Positions 31,085 to 43,678 of a stretch of 64,000 nt of DNA are shown piece by piece. The DNA is from the human T2T-CHM13v2.0 reference genome, Homo sapiens, in the NCBI RefSeq assembly GCF_009914755.1, contig NC_060929.1, one strand, 5' to 3'. The notes beneath the pieces are model-generated. The model was not told where the DNA came from. It saw only the letters and a program-made list of their open reading frames with translations, and ran no database searches. The translations under genes and the position numbers were made by a program. The stretch's first letter is position 1, and each line of letters opens with the position of its first letter.

Positions 31085-32555
31085 GGAAGAAGCTATACTA
31101 TTCCCTTCCCTACCCCAAAGCAAAGCAGAGAAGCAAAGTAACACATTTATTCCTCTCTCACATATCAGTATGACTGGTGTAATTTGTCATAGGAATTCTG
31201 CTTCATGAGATAAATTAGGAAGCTGGGTTTTGCTATATTGTGGTTAATATCATCCTCAGTGATGCTGTCCCCATCAGGCTGCTTGCCACTCTGCTCTGGC
31301 TTGTGGTGAAAGGAAAAAAAAAAAAAAATCACAGTTGACCATTGTTTTTGAAAGCATGTAAAATAGAGATTGTTCATCTCAACTTTTCATTCACATTCCA
31401 TTGGCAGAAACTTGGTGCATTTCTTCTAGACTCATTACTAGAAGAGCTAGGAAATTAGACTCTAGCTCAGCAGGTATGTACCCAGGAAAAAAGAAAGGAT
31501 GAATTTTGAGTGTGTTTGTGTTTGTGTGTGTGTCTTGGTGGAGGGGGAAAATAGACTGGCACTCCCCCATCATTTTTGAATTTCAAGGATTTTTAAAATT
31601 AGAAGCTTCCAAATTTTCTTCTATTTCAAAGAAATATATTAAAATTGGTAGTTTAAAAAGAACTATAGAATTTTATAGGCAGATAAACTATCATTTATCT
31701 GTTAGGTTGAAAGTAAAACCAGGAATATCCAGTTTTAATTTCCTCATCTAAGGAAAATCTTCATAAAATGCCCTAACCAACAATAAATGACTCAAAATAG
31801 GCACTTGAATGGGGAGATAAAATGAAAGAAGAAAAATGAAGTGACAAATGTAATGATAGTATGCTTGAAATTTTGTACTATCAGGCGTAGCAAAACTTGT
31901 TGATAGGAGTATTTACATAGTGAGGACAAGAAAATAAATGATTATAAGTAGTACATAATCATTTTAGAAACAAGATATGACAGGCAAACTAGAGCAAAGA
32001 GAAATAAAAATGTTCTTTTCAGGTTAAAAGCTCTTAAGTTAGGTAAAATATTATGTTGTGTAATGATATAAGACAATTTGCTTGAAAGACATGTTCCTCA
32101 TAAAGCCTGATCTATTAGAGATGCAGGGAGAGCTTAATAAAATAGAGTTATACTCAGGGAATGTAATATATCTTTTTGAAAATTAGAAAGGCCTACAAGA
32201 ATTAAATAAATGAGAACATATAGGAACAGAATACTGTAATAAACTACAGTCTGACATAAATATCTGATTTGCATTCTATGAATATTGAATACATATAATT
32301 TATTGGTATCTGAGGAATACTTACAAAACTGATCATGTACTTGGCTATAAGTAAAGCCTTAAAGATTTTTAAAGTACATATTTCAAAGGCTATAACCATT
32401 GCCATAAATTCAAAAAACTTAGAAATAAATTATAAAAATTCAAACTACTTCAAAATAAGAAACACTTTCATAATAATGTTTAGCTTCTGAATAAAAAAGG
32501 AAATACTTCTGAAGTTACAATCTTTAGGAAAGTCAATGAAAAGGAGTATACCTTA

Positions 32556-32930
<375 letters not shown>

Positions 32931-32979
32931 ACCTTTATAGTCAAAATTGACTGAAAATAATAATTGGGGAAAGTCTTCA

Positions 32980-33370
32980 TTATCTTGTTTTAACCAGCTT
33001 TGCTGCCCTAAAAAATAAGCGTAACATGATTGTGACTTACAATAGCCAAGATTTACTTTCTTGCTTATGTCATACGAGGGCTGCATTGGCTGTGGCTCTT
33101 CTCCAGGCAAACGGGGCTGAGGTCTAAGACTCAAATTGAGACTCAGTCACTATCTGGAGAAGCCAAGCAAAAAGCAATAGCCGCACAACTTCGTTAGCAG
33201 CATTTTCTTACACATTTCTACTCAGATGTCATTGAGCAACCAAATCACATAGCCAGGTCTGACAATGTGGGCAGTGGCCATGTTACTTATCAAGAGGCAC
33301 TGAAAATCACAGGACAAGGGCAGGGATGCATCTTATTACATGTATAAGAATAGAAACGGGAAAAATGATT
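32980..33370 (-). mobile_element. Old MLT1 LTR
   Basis: 'gtgacttacaatag..aagatttactttcttgc', 'cattgagcaaccaaatcacatagcc'. Confidence 0.55.
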
Positions 33371-34401
33371 CTGAAAAAAATAAAATAATGTGCCATTACA
33401 TTAAGTTTCCACTCTTACATTAAAAAGCTCATTGTAAACCAAAATTAACTGAAGGAAAGTTCATTGAAAATAAAAGCTGAAATTAATATAAAATATATTA
33501 CATTAGGAACAATAAATAGTACTATAGCCACAGGTAGAGAAATGACAGATCAAATTTATGAATCTAATTTGCTGCATGTGAAATTCTGGAAACAAAGTTA
33601 AGACCTAGTAAAACCTTACACTTGCCCAGCAGAAAATTAACAAGTTGTTAAAGAAAGAGTATAACGTGTTAATACACTCATAACATACTCATAGGTAAGT
33701 TAATGTTAACTTATAAATAATGATTTCACAGCTGAATTTTATCTAATCTTGGAAAAATAAATGTTTCTTAACTATCCACAGGGACATTCATTTTACATGG
33801 ATTGAAAAACTTTATACTACATATAGCTCATATCCCTAAAACTGGGAAATCATAAATCATTTTACTTATAGATATGTATCAAAATTTGAAATAAATTGTT
33901 ACCAAATGATGTCAGTAGACTGTCAGAATAATTACAATCTGAGTTTTTTGATGGAAGGTTAGAGTCATGTATAAAAATTAAAATGTTATATCATCAAATT
34001 AATGGGTAAAAAAAATTGTGATTCATTAATAGATGCTTAAAGGGAGCTTACCAAAGTCCAGGAGTCATTCTTAATAGAAATCTTAATTAAATAGAAGAAA
34101 TATATCGTATATTATAAATCTAAACATTTAAATTAAGCTCTTAATGCAACAATAATGCTTCATTAAAACCTGTTCCAAACATCAGTGGCTTTCACCAACC
34201 ATATTTATTTTGCTGTTGTGATGGTTAATTTTATGTATTAACATGCTAGACCATGGTTAATTTGGTCAACATGAGTTTAGGTTTGCTGTGAAGTTATTTG
34301 TTGATGTGATTAACATTTACAACCATCAGCTGACTTTGAGTAAAGCAGATTGTCCTCTATAATGTAGGTGGGCCTTATCCAATTATTGGAAGACTTTTGT
34401 C

Positions 34402-35800
34402 TTTTTTTTTTTTTATTATACTGTAAGTTCTAGGGTACATGTGCACAACTTGCAGGTTTGTTACATATTTATACCTGTGCCATGTTGGTGTGCTGCACCA
34501 ATTAACTCATCATTTACATTAGGTATATCTCCTAATGCTATCCCTCTCCCCTCCCCCCACCCCACGACAGGCTCCGGTGTGTGATGTTCCCCCATCCTGT
34601 GTCCAAGTGTTCTCATTGTTCAATTCCCACCTATGAGTGAGAACATGCAGTGTTTGGTTTTTTGTCCTTGTGATAGTTTGCTCAGAATGATGGTTTCCAG
34701 CTTCATCCATGTCCCTACAAAGGACATGAACTCATCTTTTTTTATGGCTGCATAGTATTCCATGGTATATATGTGCCACGTTTTCTTAATCCAATCTATC
34801 ATTGATGGACATTTAGGTTGGTTCCAAGTCTTTGCTATTGTGAATAGTGCCACAATAAACATACGAGTGCATGTGTCTTTATAGCAGCATGATTTATAAT
34901 CCTTTGGGTATATACCCAGTAATGAGATGGCTGGGCCAAATGGTATTTCTAGTTCTAGATCCTTGAGGAATCGCCACACTGTCTTCCACAATGGTTGAAC
35001 TAGTTTACAGTCCCACCAACAGTGTAAAAGTGTTCCTGTTTCTCCACATCCTCTCCAGCACCTGTTGTTTCCTAACTTGCTAGTGATCACCATTCTAACT
35101 GGAGTGAGATGGTATCTCGTTGTGGTTTCGATTTGCATTTCTCTGATGGCCAGGGATGATGAGCATTTTTTCATGAGTCTGTTGGCTGCATAAATGTCTT
35201 CTTTTGAGAAGTGTCTGTTCATATACTTCGCCCACCTTTTGATGGGGTTGTTTGATTTTTTCTTGTAAATTTGTTTAAGTTCTTTGTAGATTCTGGATAT
35301 TAGCCATTTGTCAGATGGGTAGATTTTAAAAATTTTCTCCCATTCTGTAGGTTGCCTGTTCACTCTGATGGTAGTTTCTTTTGCTGTGCAGAAGCTCTTT
35401 AATTAGATCCCATTTGTCAATTTTGGCTTTTGTTGCCATTGCTTTTGGTGTTTTAGACATGAAGTCCTTGCCCATGCCTATGTCCTGAATGGTAATGCCT
35501 AGGTTTTCTTCTAGTGTTTTTATGGTTTTAGGTCTAACATTTAAGTCTTTAATCCATCTTGAATTAATTTTTATATAAGGTATAAGGAAGGGATCCAGTT
35601 TCAGCTTTCTACATGTGGCTAGCCAGTTTTCCCAGCACCATTTATTAAATAGGGAATCATTTCCCCATTTCTTGTTTTTGTCAGTTTTTTCAAAGATCAG
35701 ATGGTTGTAGATGTGTGGTATTATTTCTGAGGGCTCTGTTGTGTTCCAATTGTCTATATCTCTGTTTTGGTACCAGTACCATGCTGCTTTGGTTACTGTG
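34402..35800 (-). mobile_element. 5'-truncated L1PA (about PA4-PA7): 3'UTR plus ORF2 C-terminus
   Basis: poly(T) 'ttattatactgtaagttctagggtacatgtgcac'; close to the L1 ORF2 consensus. Confidence 0.97.
34620..35800 (-). pseudogene. L1 ORF2p C-terminal remnant with one frameshift
   Basis: '[11 protein letters not shown]...[26 protein letters not shown]...MFSLIGGN' and '[11 protein letters not shown]...KIDKWDLIK'; 5-bp deletion at ~35400 (gaagctcttt^aattagatcc). Confidence 0.93.
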
Positions 35801-35964
35801 CACTTGTAGGAGCAAAGACTGAGGTTTCCCAAAGAAGGAATATGCCTTACAGCTACAATAGAAGTCCCATCTGATTTTCCAGCCTGCTGGCCTGTGCTAC
35901 ACATTTCGGACTTGCCAGCCTTCACAATCTCATATGCCAATTCATACGTCAATTCCTTAAAATA

Positions 35965-36300
35965 AATTTATCTTTATACCTAGATACCTCTCTCTGTCTT
36001 TCTGATGTCTATGTCTCTATATGCCTATCTATCTAGTTCTAATATCTATTATATCTATTTCTAATGCTATACAATAAACTATGAGAAAAAATATATAGAG
36101 AGATATGTAGATAGATTGATACATACATACATACACAGAGATAGGTAGATGATAGAGATGATAGGTAGATAGATACATAGATACGTAAATACAGAGAGGT
36201 AGATGATAGATAGATAAATAGATAGATAGATAGAGAGATAGATGATAGAGATAGACAGAGATAGATAGAGACAGATAGATACATAGATAGACAGACAGAT
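35965..36300. repeat. Compound (TCTA)-like then (TAGA/TACA)n microsatellite in MLT2
   Basis: Seen directly. Confidence 0.9.
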
Positions 36301-36789
36301 ATCCCATTGGTTCTGTTTCTCTCAAGAATCCTGACTTGTATACCCACTCACAGATATGAGGCCTAATTGCAGTTTAGTGCGTCTTGTCTGGTGGTCAGCC
36401 TGGTGGCTCTGCTTTAGACTACGGATTGGATTCAGGTCTACAACACGTGCACTCAGCCCAGTTAAAGGGGCAGTGTATTCTTGCCCACACATGCAAGAGG
36501 GCAAGGCAGACTGCCACGCAATCCAATTGAAAGACTCTGCTTGAATTGTATCTAATCACATCTCATTGCCAAGACAAAGTCAAAGGATCAGGAAAGTACA
36601 TGCCATCCCATGGAAAAGAAAGGAAATATTTGTTGAGAAAAACCCTATATAGCACAATACTAAAATTCAAATACTAATTTTTGTGTAAATCAGGGAAAAC
36701 CTATAATTTGTTAGGTTATAATTTTTTATGATTTCTTTGGAAATTTTTTTTGACTGAAATAAGATGGTAAAATAAAATAGGTGGTTTTT

Positions 36790-36882
36790 CACATTGCATG
36801 GCATATCAAAACATCTCCTGAGCTCCACAAATATGTACACCTACTATGTACCCAGAAAAATTAAAAATTAAAAAAATTAAAA
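36790..36882 (+). mobile_element. Short L1MA/PB 3' end with TSD
   Basis: 'tatcaaaacatctc...acacctactatgtaccc...aaaattaaaaa'; TSD aaataggtggttt/aaataagtggttt. Confidence 0.85.
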
Positions 36883-37171
36883 ATAAGTGGTTTAAAAAAC
36901 GCTCAAATATAAAAGATACAATCATTTATTGTTGATGATAAGTTAATTTGCTTTTCGGAATATCCATTTTCTGTTAAACTACTCTAAAAGATTATAATTT
37001 TTATTTGTATTTTGTAGGATGAATGAAAAATACAGTCAAATATACATACACTACAATTTTTTGTATTGAAGATGACCATGCCATATGAAATGGAAAAAGA
37101 ATCACACCCTAAAATTACAAATAATTTCCAAAATATTTAGAGTTAAATTTAGTAATAAAGGTACTGGACTT

Positions 37172-37525
37172 GATTTAATTTTAATTTTTAATTTGTATGG
37201 GCACACAATAGGTGTATATATTTATGGGATACATGAGATATTTTGATACAGTCATACGGTGTGTAATTATCACATCAGAGTCAATGATGTATTCATCACC
37301 TCAAGCATTTATCATTTCTTGTTGTTATAAACATTCCAATTATACTTTTTTAGTTATTTTAAAATGTACAGTAAATTATTGATGACTGCCATCACCTTGT
37401 TGTGTTATCAAATACTAGATCTTATTATTTTAACTGTATTTTTGTACTGACTGACCATCCCCACTCCCCCTACCCACTATTCTGCCCAGTTTCTGCTATC
37501 ATTCTATTCTGTATCTCCATGAGTT

Positions 37526-37596
<71 letters not shown>

Positions 37597-37686
37597 GCTT
37601 CCAAGAATGAGTGAGAACATGCCAAGTTTGACTTTCAGTGCCAGGCCTATTTCACTTAGCATAAAGTTCTCTAGTTTTATCCATGT
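37172..37686 (-). mobile_element. L1MA 3' end containing a (TA)n(T)n repeat
   Basis: 'ggtgtatatatttatgggatacatgagatattttgatac...gagtgagaacatg'. Confidence 0.9.
37528..37595. repeat. (TA)n followed by long poly(T)
   Basis: Seen directly. Confidence 0.95.
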
Positions 37687-37814
37687 AAGGTACTGAACTT
37701 TTAAAAAGGTATTGAATCTGATGGAAAGTCTTCACTGAAGACCTGAGCAAGTGAAAATCCATACCATATTTTTTGAAGGAAATGTTTAATGTATGTAAAA
37801 TAGTAAATAATTGG

Positions 37815-38209
37815 TGTGTTAGGCCATTCTTGCATTGCTATAAATAAATACCTGAGACTGGGTAATTTATAAGAAAAGAGGTTTAATTGGCTCATGGTTC
37901 TGCAGGCTGTACAGGAAGCATGGTGCCAGCATCTGCTCCACTTCTAAGGAGGTCATGGTAGAAGGCAATGCAAAAGCGGGAACACTGCATGATAAAAGCA
38001 AGAGCGAGAGAGAGAGAGTAGGGAAGAGGTGCCGCACACTTTTAAATGATCAGATATTGCAAGAACTCACTCACTATTGCAAAGAAAGCACCAAACCATG
38101 AGGAATTTGCCCCCATGATCCAGTCACCTCTCACCAGGCCCCACCTCTAGCATTGGGAATCACAATTCAACATGAGACTTGGGCAGGGACAAATATCCAA
38201 ACTATATAA
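37815..38209 (-). mobile_element. MSTA/MSTB solo LTR
   Basis: 'tgtgttaggccattcttgcattgctataa...gggacaaatatccaaactata'; 5-bp TSD attgg/atcgg. Confidence 0.92.
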
Positions 38210-39224
38210 ATCGGTAAACACATTAACATCAGTAAATCCATTTGCTCCTATTCTACTTAGCATATCACATTGTAAATTAATTAATAATTTAACATTTCAT
38301 ATGGATGACATATTGAAAGATTGTCAAAATAATACACAACAAAATATGATGAAAAATATTTGCCTTAGCAAATAGTAAATATAGAACAATGAGTTCTATG
38401 ATACTAACATTAACCAAAAGATCATTGGTACAGAATAGACAGTAGAGATTAATGTGAACTATTGCTGGTGGTGTCAATCATATTATATTTATTAACTTTT
38501 TATTGCCCCTCTCTATTGCTTTGCAGCTTTAGAGACAGGGTGGAAAGTGGGATATGAGTAGTGTGGACTAATTCCTATTGGATCTATTGTCAAGGAACAA
38601 GAAAAATAAGCACAAAAAAGAATTGGCCAGTTTGCAAGCATGAAAAAGAACAGAATTTACAAACGCAATGTATTTTTAAATGATAAAAGCCACATAGGGA
38701 TATGTGCCTACAATATGATTATTATTAGAATTTTTATAAATCAGAAAATGTCAAAGTCCATGTATTCATAAAATTATTTGTATCTGATATGTATTAATAA
38801 TGAGAAAAGATGTGCGACATGGAAGGATCTGGGTTGTTGTATTGGTTACTTTGATAGAGGAAGATAGGGAAGAGTTAAGTAACACCGGAAACAGCAACGT
38901 CCATAAAGTTCGAAATAAATGAGATCATGGCATCACCTCCCGAACCCGCTATCTGCAGGAGTGAAGGCAGGCTAAAGGTGAGGTCCACCTAAAGGCAGAG
39001 AGGAACATGCACTCTGAAGTGTGGAGTGTGTTCCAGTCTTCCTGTGCAGAGGTCAGGTCAAACAAAACTTCCAGGGGAAATCTGGTCTCATCACTACACC
39101 CTTACCAAACACACGATGACAATGATGTAAAATTTCTCTGCTCAGATTGCCCTTATCTAAGACTTTCTCCTCAGCCCTCTCAGCTGCTGCATCAAACAAA
39201 TGTCATTCCATTCAAATCAGTTCC

Positions 39225-39500
39225 ATTCATTTTCACAATGTGCACTGAGGGCTCACAAAACCCCAGTCCATGTGCTGGGCACGGGGATAGAATGTTGCAC
39301 AAAACACAGTTCTTGTCCTCCCAGCATAATTCCTAGTATAGAATGTGAGCAATCAAACAATTCCAATAGCCCATCAGGAAGGTTCCAGGGGTGCAAACAC
39401 AATGTTACAAAAGCATTTATTAGGGGCAGACGTCTCATTTGAGTGAGTCAGTTAGGTTTTTCTGGAAAGATTGGGTCCAATTTGAAATCTAAATGATAAA
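39225..39500 (-). mobile_element. L2 fragment
   Basis: 'cactgagggctc...tgtgctgggcacggggatagaatg...aaaacacagttcttgtcctc'. Confidence 0.55.
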
Positions 39501-40121
39501 TAGATGTCCTCTGTAGTTAATGCACTTGACTCCACAAACATGGTTCATACACAAATACCACACTTGACCTGTTTTTCTTTTATTCTAGAAAGAGAAACAT
39601 ATTGATTTCAGATCATAAAACATAATACAGATAACAAAGTAGATTAAAGTGAAGCCAGGATTTTTACTGCAGAGAAAGATCATTTAAAGGATGACAAATA
39701 GAACTTTCAAAGCCTTTCCTTTTTTCCTTACTATCAAAATCAAGTAAATGTGTATTGCAAAAACAAGAAAAAAAATTGGAAGTATGAATTCATTTACTGA
39801 GTGAAAGATATACACACGGGAAGAATTTGTAATATAAAATAGAAATTTAAAAGTACCATTAATGATGAAAATTATAATAGTTACCATTAAAATACTTTTA
39901 GATCTATTAATTATTTAACCATCCCCCAAAACCTATGAGATATATTATATACGTTAATAAAAGCTAAATGTAATAGTAGATTTAAATCTGGGTCAAGAGT
40001 AGTAAGAATACAAGTTAATATTGAAGAAATGTAAGTTAGTGGCAGGCATTGAGTTCAAACTCAAAGGTTTCCTACTCTGTGCAGAACTATAGAAAAAAAG
40101 AGAAAAATAATAAAATAAGTT

Positions 40122-40978
40122 CAGTCATCTGTCCCTTAGAGATACATTTTGAGAAATGTGTTGTTAGGCAATTTTGTACATCAGAATGTACTTGCACAAG
40201 CCTGACACCAGGGTTTTGGCTCTCCCTCCACGGCTCCAAAACTCGTGTGTTCCATCCCAGCAGCTATAACACCATCTTTTCTACAGTCATCCCTATTCAC
40301 ACTGAGATCCTAACCTAGATCTAACCTACTACACACTTAGGGTCCTAGGCTACAAATATGGACAACGTGTTACTGTAGTGAACACTGTAGGCAGTTGTAA
40401 CAAAATGGTTAGTATTTGTTTATCTAAACATAGAAAGAGTACAGTACAAATAAGACATAAGAGATTTTTTAAAATGCACCTGAACAGGGCATTTTGTACA
40501 AATGGAGCTTGCAAGACTGGAAGTTGTCTCGGTGAATCAGCAACTGAGTGATGAGTGAAAGTGAAGGTCTAGATTACACTACCATAGACTTTATAAACAC
40601 TGTACTTGGGCGATACTAAATTTTTTTTAAATATTTTTTTCTTCCATAATAAGTTAGCCCTAGCTTATTGTAACTTTTAAATTTGAAAGTTTTTATTTTT
40701 AAACACTTTTTCTCTCTTTTTTGCAGTGACACAGCTTAAAACACCAACACATTGAAGAGATGCATAGTATTTTTTGTACTCTTATTCTATACGCTTCTTT
40801 CTATTTGATTTCCTTTTACTTATTAAACTTTTCTGTTAAAAACTAAGACATGAATATGCACATTAGCCTAGACCAGGATGATCAATATCACCATCTTTCA
40901 CCAGCACATCTTGTCCCACTAGAGGTCTTCAGGGGCAATAACACAGATGGACCAAACTGTCATTACATGGTGCATCAT
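40122..40978 (+). mobile_element. Tigger3 (GOLEM)-family TcMar DNA transposon with a foreign 113-bp insert
   Basis: 'cagtcat...tttgagaaatgtgttgttaggcaattttgt...cctactacacac..cctaggctacaaa...cactgtaggcagttgtaac'. Confidence 0.9.
40201..40313 (+). repeat. Direct copy (~91% identical) of 42169-42330 lacking its tandem duplication
   Basis: Manual alignment: 10 mismatches in 113 bp; also seen as near-identical peptide 'LTPGFWLSLH.SK..VFH.SSYN' in ORFs 40049-40318 and 42014-42286. Confidence 0.95.
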
Positions 40979-41203
40979 GGTAACTCTAAGTGTACAAAGT
41001 GGATCAAGAGATTCCGCAAGAAAGGGGCAGACAAATTGGGACTGGAACAAAACTCAAATTTTATAACAGAAAACTTAGATGCCTGAATTTGGAGAGGAAA
41101 ATATTTGTTAATGTAGGAGAAAATATCCTAAAGCGATGTAATAAATACTGTGATTTTGAAAATTCAAGGAAAAAAAGAGAATCCTACAAGCATGTAAGTA
41201 AAA

Positions 41204-41207
<4 letters not shown>

Positions 41208-41240
<33 letters not shown>
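41208..41240. repeat. (CA)n microsatellite
   Basis: Seen directly. Confidence 0.95.
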
Positions 41241-41242
<2 letters not shown>

Positions 41243-42201
41243 ACATTTACATATTAGCAACATGGGAATAGTAATGATAATGCCTCAACCTCTCAGGTCA
41301 GAGCAGCATGCGAAGCCTGGGACCAGTTTGTTTCATACTGAATTTAATTAAGTCTACTATCAACAGGATTACAAGCAGCAGCACTCGCCTCAGTTATACA
41401 TACCTCTTCTCCTGCCCACACATTCCCACTCAACTATTATAAGTCCCAGGGGTAACAGTAGGTCCTACTCCAGATAATCAAGATATAGATTGAGGCCAGT
41501 CTACTCATTGTGACCCAAGGAGGGAGTTTAGAGTAATCTCCGGATCTTGATATATTTGCCAACAATATCAATAATTACAAGGGACAAAAGACGAGCCAAC
41601 AAGCAGCTCCCATCCCCAGTGAACACTGCCCTTGCCCCCCTCGCTCTATATACAAACATATAACCCAAAAAGGCATGGCTCACTCCAGTTTGAGACTTGC
41701 TGTTAAACTTGATTTGAACCCCTGTTGCATTGGTTTGGTCAAGTCACATGGGCAGTGTCACCAATTAGCCTTGAATGCCATACCTGGCACAATTCAAGGC
41801 CAAGTGAGCCTTAGGAGAAGCAGATGTCTTTGCATCAGTGAGACGGATGCAAACAAAGTTGGGTCAGTCCAAGTGTTTGAAAACATATGAGGGAGTCCAC
41901 ACCCAGGAGCTGCCTCTGAGAAGGCATCAGGTACAGCAGGGTACTGATGGCCTGTCCAAAAGTACTTTTGTGTTTTTCTAGCACATGGACGGCAATGACA
42001 AGTCTGATAGGGGGTGAGGTTGCCAGCTGCAGCTGCTGCCTGGCTAAGGAGGACCACAGGATTGTTTTGTCATGGCATGGTGCTGAAATGGTGCTGCATC
42101 CATCTGGCAAGGAGAACACGAATTGCATCCTCTTTTTTGCATATTTTGGGGACTAACATGTTTCTTCTCCTGACACCAGGGTTCTGGCTCTCCCTCCATA
42201 G

Positions 42202-42299
42202 CTCCAAAAATGGTGTATTCCATTCCAGCAGCTATAACATCATCTTTTCTCTCCAAAAATGGTGTATTCCATTCCAGCAGCTATAACATCATCTTTTCT
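42202..42299 (+). repeat. Perfect 49-bp tandem duplication
   Basis: ctccaaaaatggtgtattccattccagcagctataacatcatcttttct x2 (42202-42250, 42251-42299). Confidence 0.97.
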
Positions 42300-43678
42300 A
42301 CAGTCATCCCTATTCACATTGAGATCTTAAGAATCAGATATAATGGGATAAGACATTTTAAAAAAATTTCCAGACACCCATGTAATCCCCTACCTTGACT
42401 TACAAGGGACAGTATAGGGGGCTACAGAGATTAGTGAGTCACTCAGGTAGTCATTGTTTATTTGATCTATGTCAAGTCATCCTAACATTCCAGAATTTAG
42501 TTTCAATCCTCCAAGACCCCTTTTATCTGAGCTGTCACCTGGAGGGTGCACCTACCAAGTTTGCCTGAGGTTGAGGTTAGGGGAAAGCAAAAAGTATTAT
42601 GCCCAGGAATGGTAGGAAAAAATACTGAATCTTCAAAATGTTCTAGATAATCCTTTACTGGAATTATTACCCAGAAAGCAACCAAGAGAAGTTCTCCTCT
42701 TTGTAAGGACAGTCACATTCAGTGACCACCTGCTTTATTATAAAGTGTGTGGCCCAGGAGAGTGTGAGAAAGGGAAAACAGAAATATTTTGAGTCAATTT
42801 CTGAGGGATTTCTTTCATTGCTCAACAAGATCAAATGCCCATGGACAGTAGGGCATGTGACATGTCCACCAAATACCTTGATTATTGTTCCATTGTTGAG
42901 TAGACTTTTGACAAATTGTGCACCATTTTCAGATGGTTTATGATCTGGAAAGCAGAAAACATGAAAGAGTTTAGTTAAGGGCTACAGTATTGCTGCAAGA
43001 GTTGAAGGATAGGATTAGAACAGAAAACCATTAGCTGGAAAGTATGGACAATGACCAGACCCAAAAAGCTGTCAAAGATCTGATGTAGTCAGATCTGATG
43101 TCCTCAGCAGCCATGGGTGAAAACAATGCCCATGCGATATGGCCTCTCTTACCGTAAGACAAACAGGCTAACATTTTGCAGGAGCCACAAGTCGGCCACA
43201 CAGTGGTGGCTTTTGCATCAGAAACATAAAAGACCTTTCCTTTGTGCCCCGTCTGTGAGGGGGAGGTGCTGGTGCATCCATTTTGATGGTGGATGTGGGA
43301 AGCAATTATAGCAAAATGGACAGCACAAGCTCGATCACATTGGCTCCAGCTGGTGTCATTAGAGAAGAGTTTCATCTGCCCCCACTGTGAGCACCTGTGT
43401 GAGAGACCCAGGCTGCTCAGTCCTCACCATGGCGAACTGTAAACTGGTAGTCTGTGGGCTTCCAAGTGGTAGACGGGATGGCTGTGTCATTGAACACGGC
43501 TCCATGTGTTAGTAATCTAACCTTCCAGCTCCTCAGGAGCCTTGCCTAAGGCAAGGACTTCTAACTCATCCCGCTGTGCTCACTGGCTTTAGGCACAGGC
43601 AGCCTTCCAGAGCTATTGCTGGGGCTGGATTGCTGCTACCACCCGCATGACACCAGCAGCTCTTGGCATAACAAGAGC

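Larger units (their letters stand above)
34218..36342 (+). mobile_element. MLT2 LTR split by L1PA and carrying an expanded microsatellite
   Basis: 'tgtgatggttaattttatg...gagtaaagcagattg...gggccttatccaa' | 'gagcaaagactgaggtttccc...attggttctgtttctctcaagaatcctgac'. Confidence 0.88.
34140..36655 (-). mobile_element. Old MLT1 LTR split by MLT2 (pieces 34140-34217 and ~36343-36655)
   Basis: 'ccaaacatcagtggctt...atatttattttgc' resumes as 'ctcacagatatg...' after the MLT2. Confidence 0.6.

Noticed and set aside
34620-35952. Longest ORFs (247 and 208 aa)
   Set aside because: Truncated L1 ORF2 with a frameshift; the N-terminus of the 208-aa ORF is MLT2 sequence
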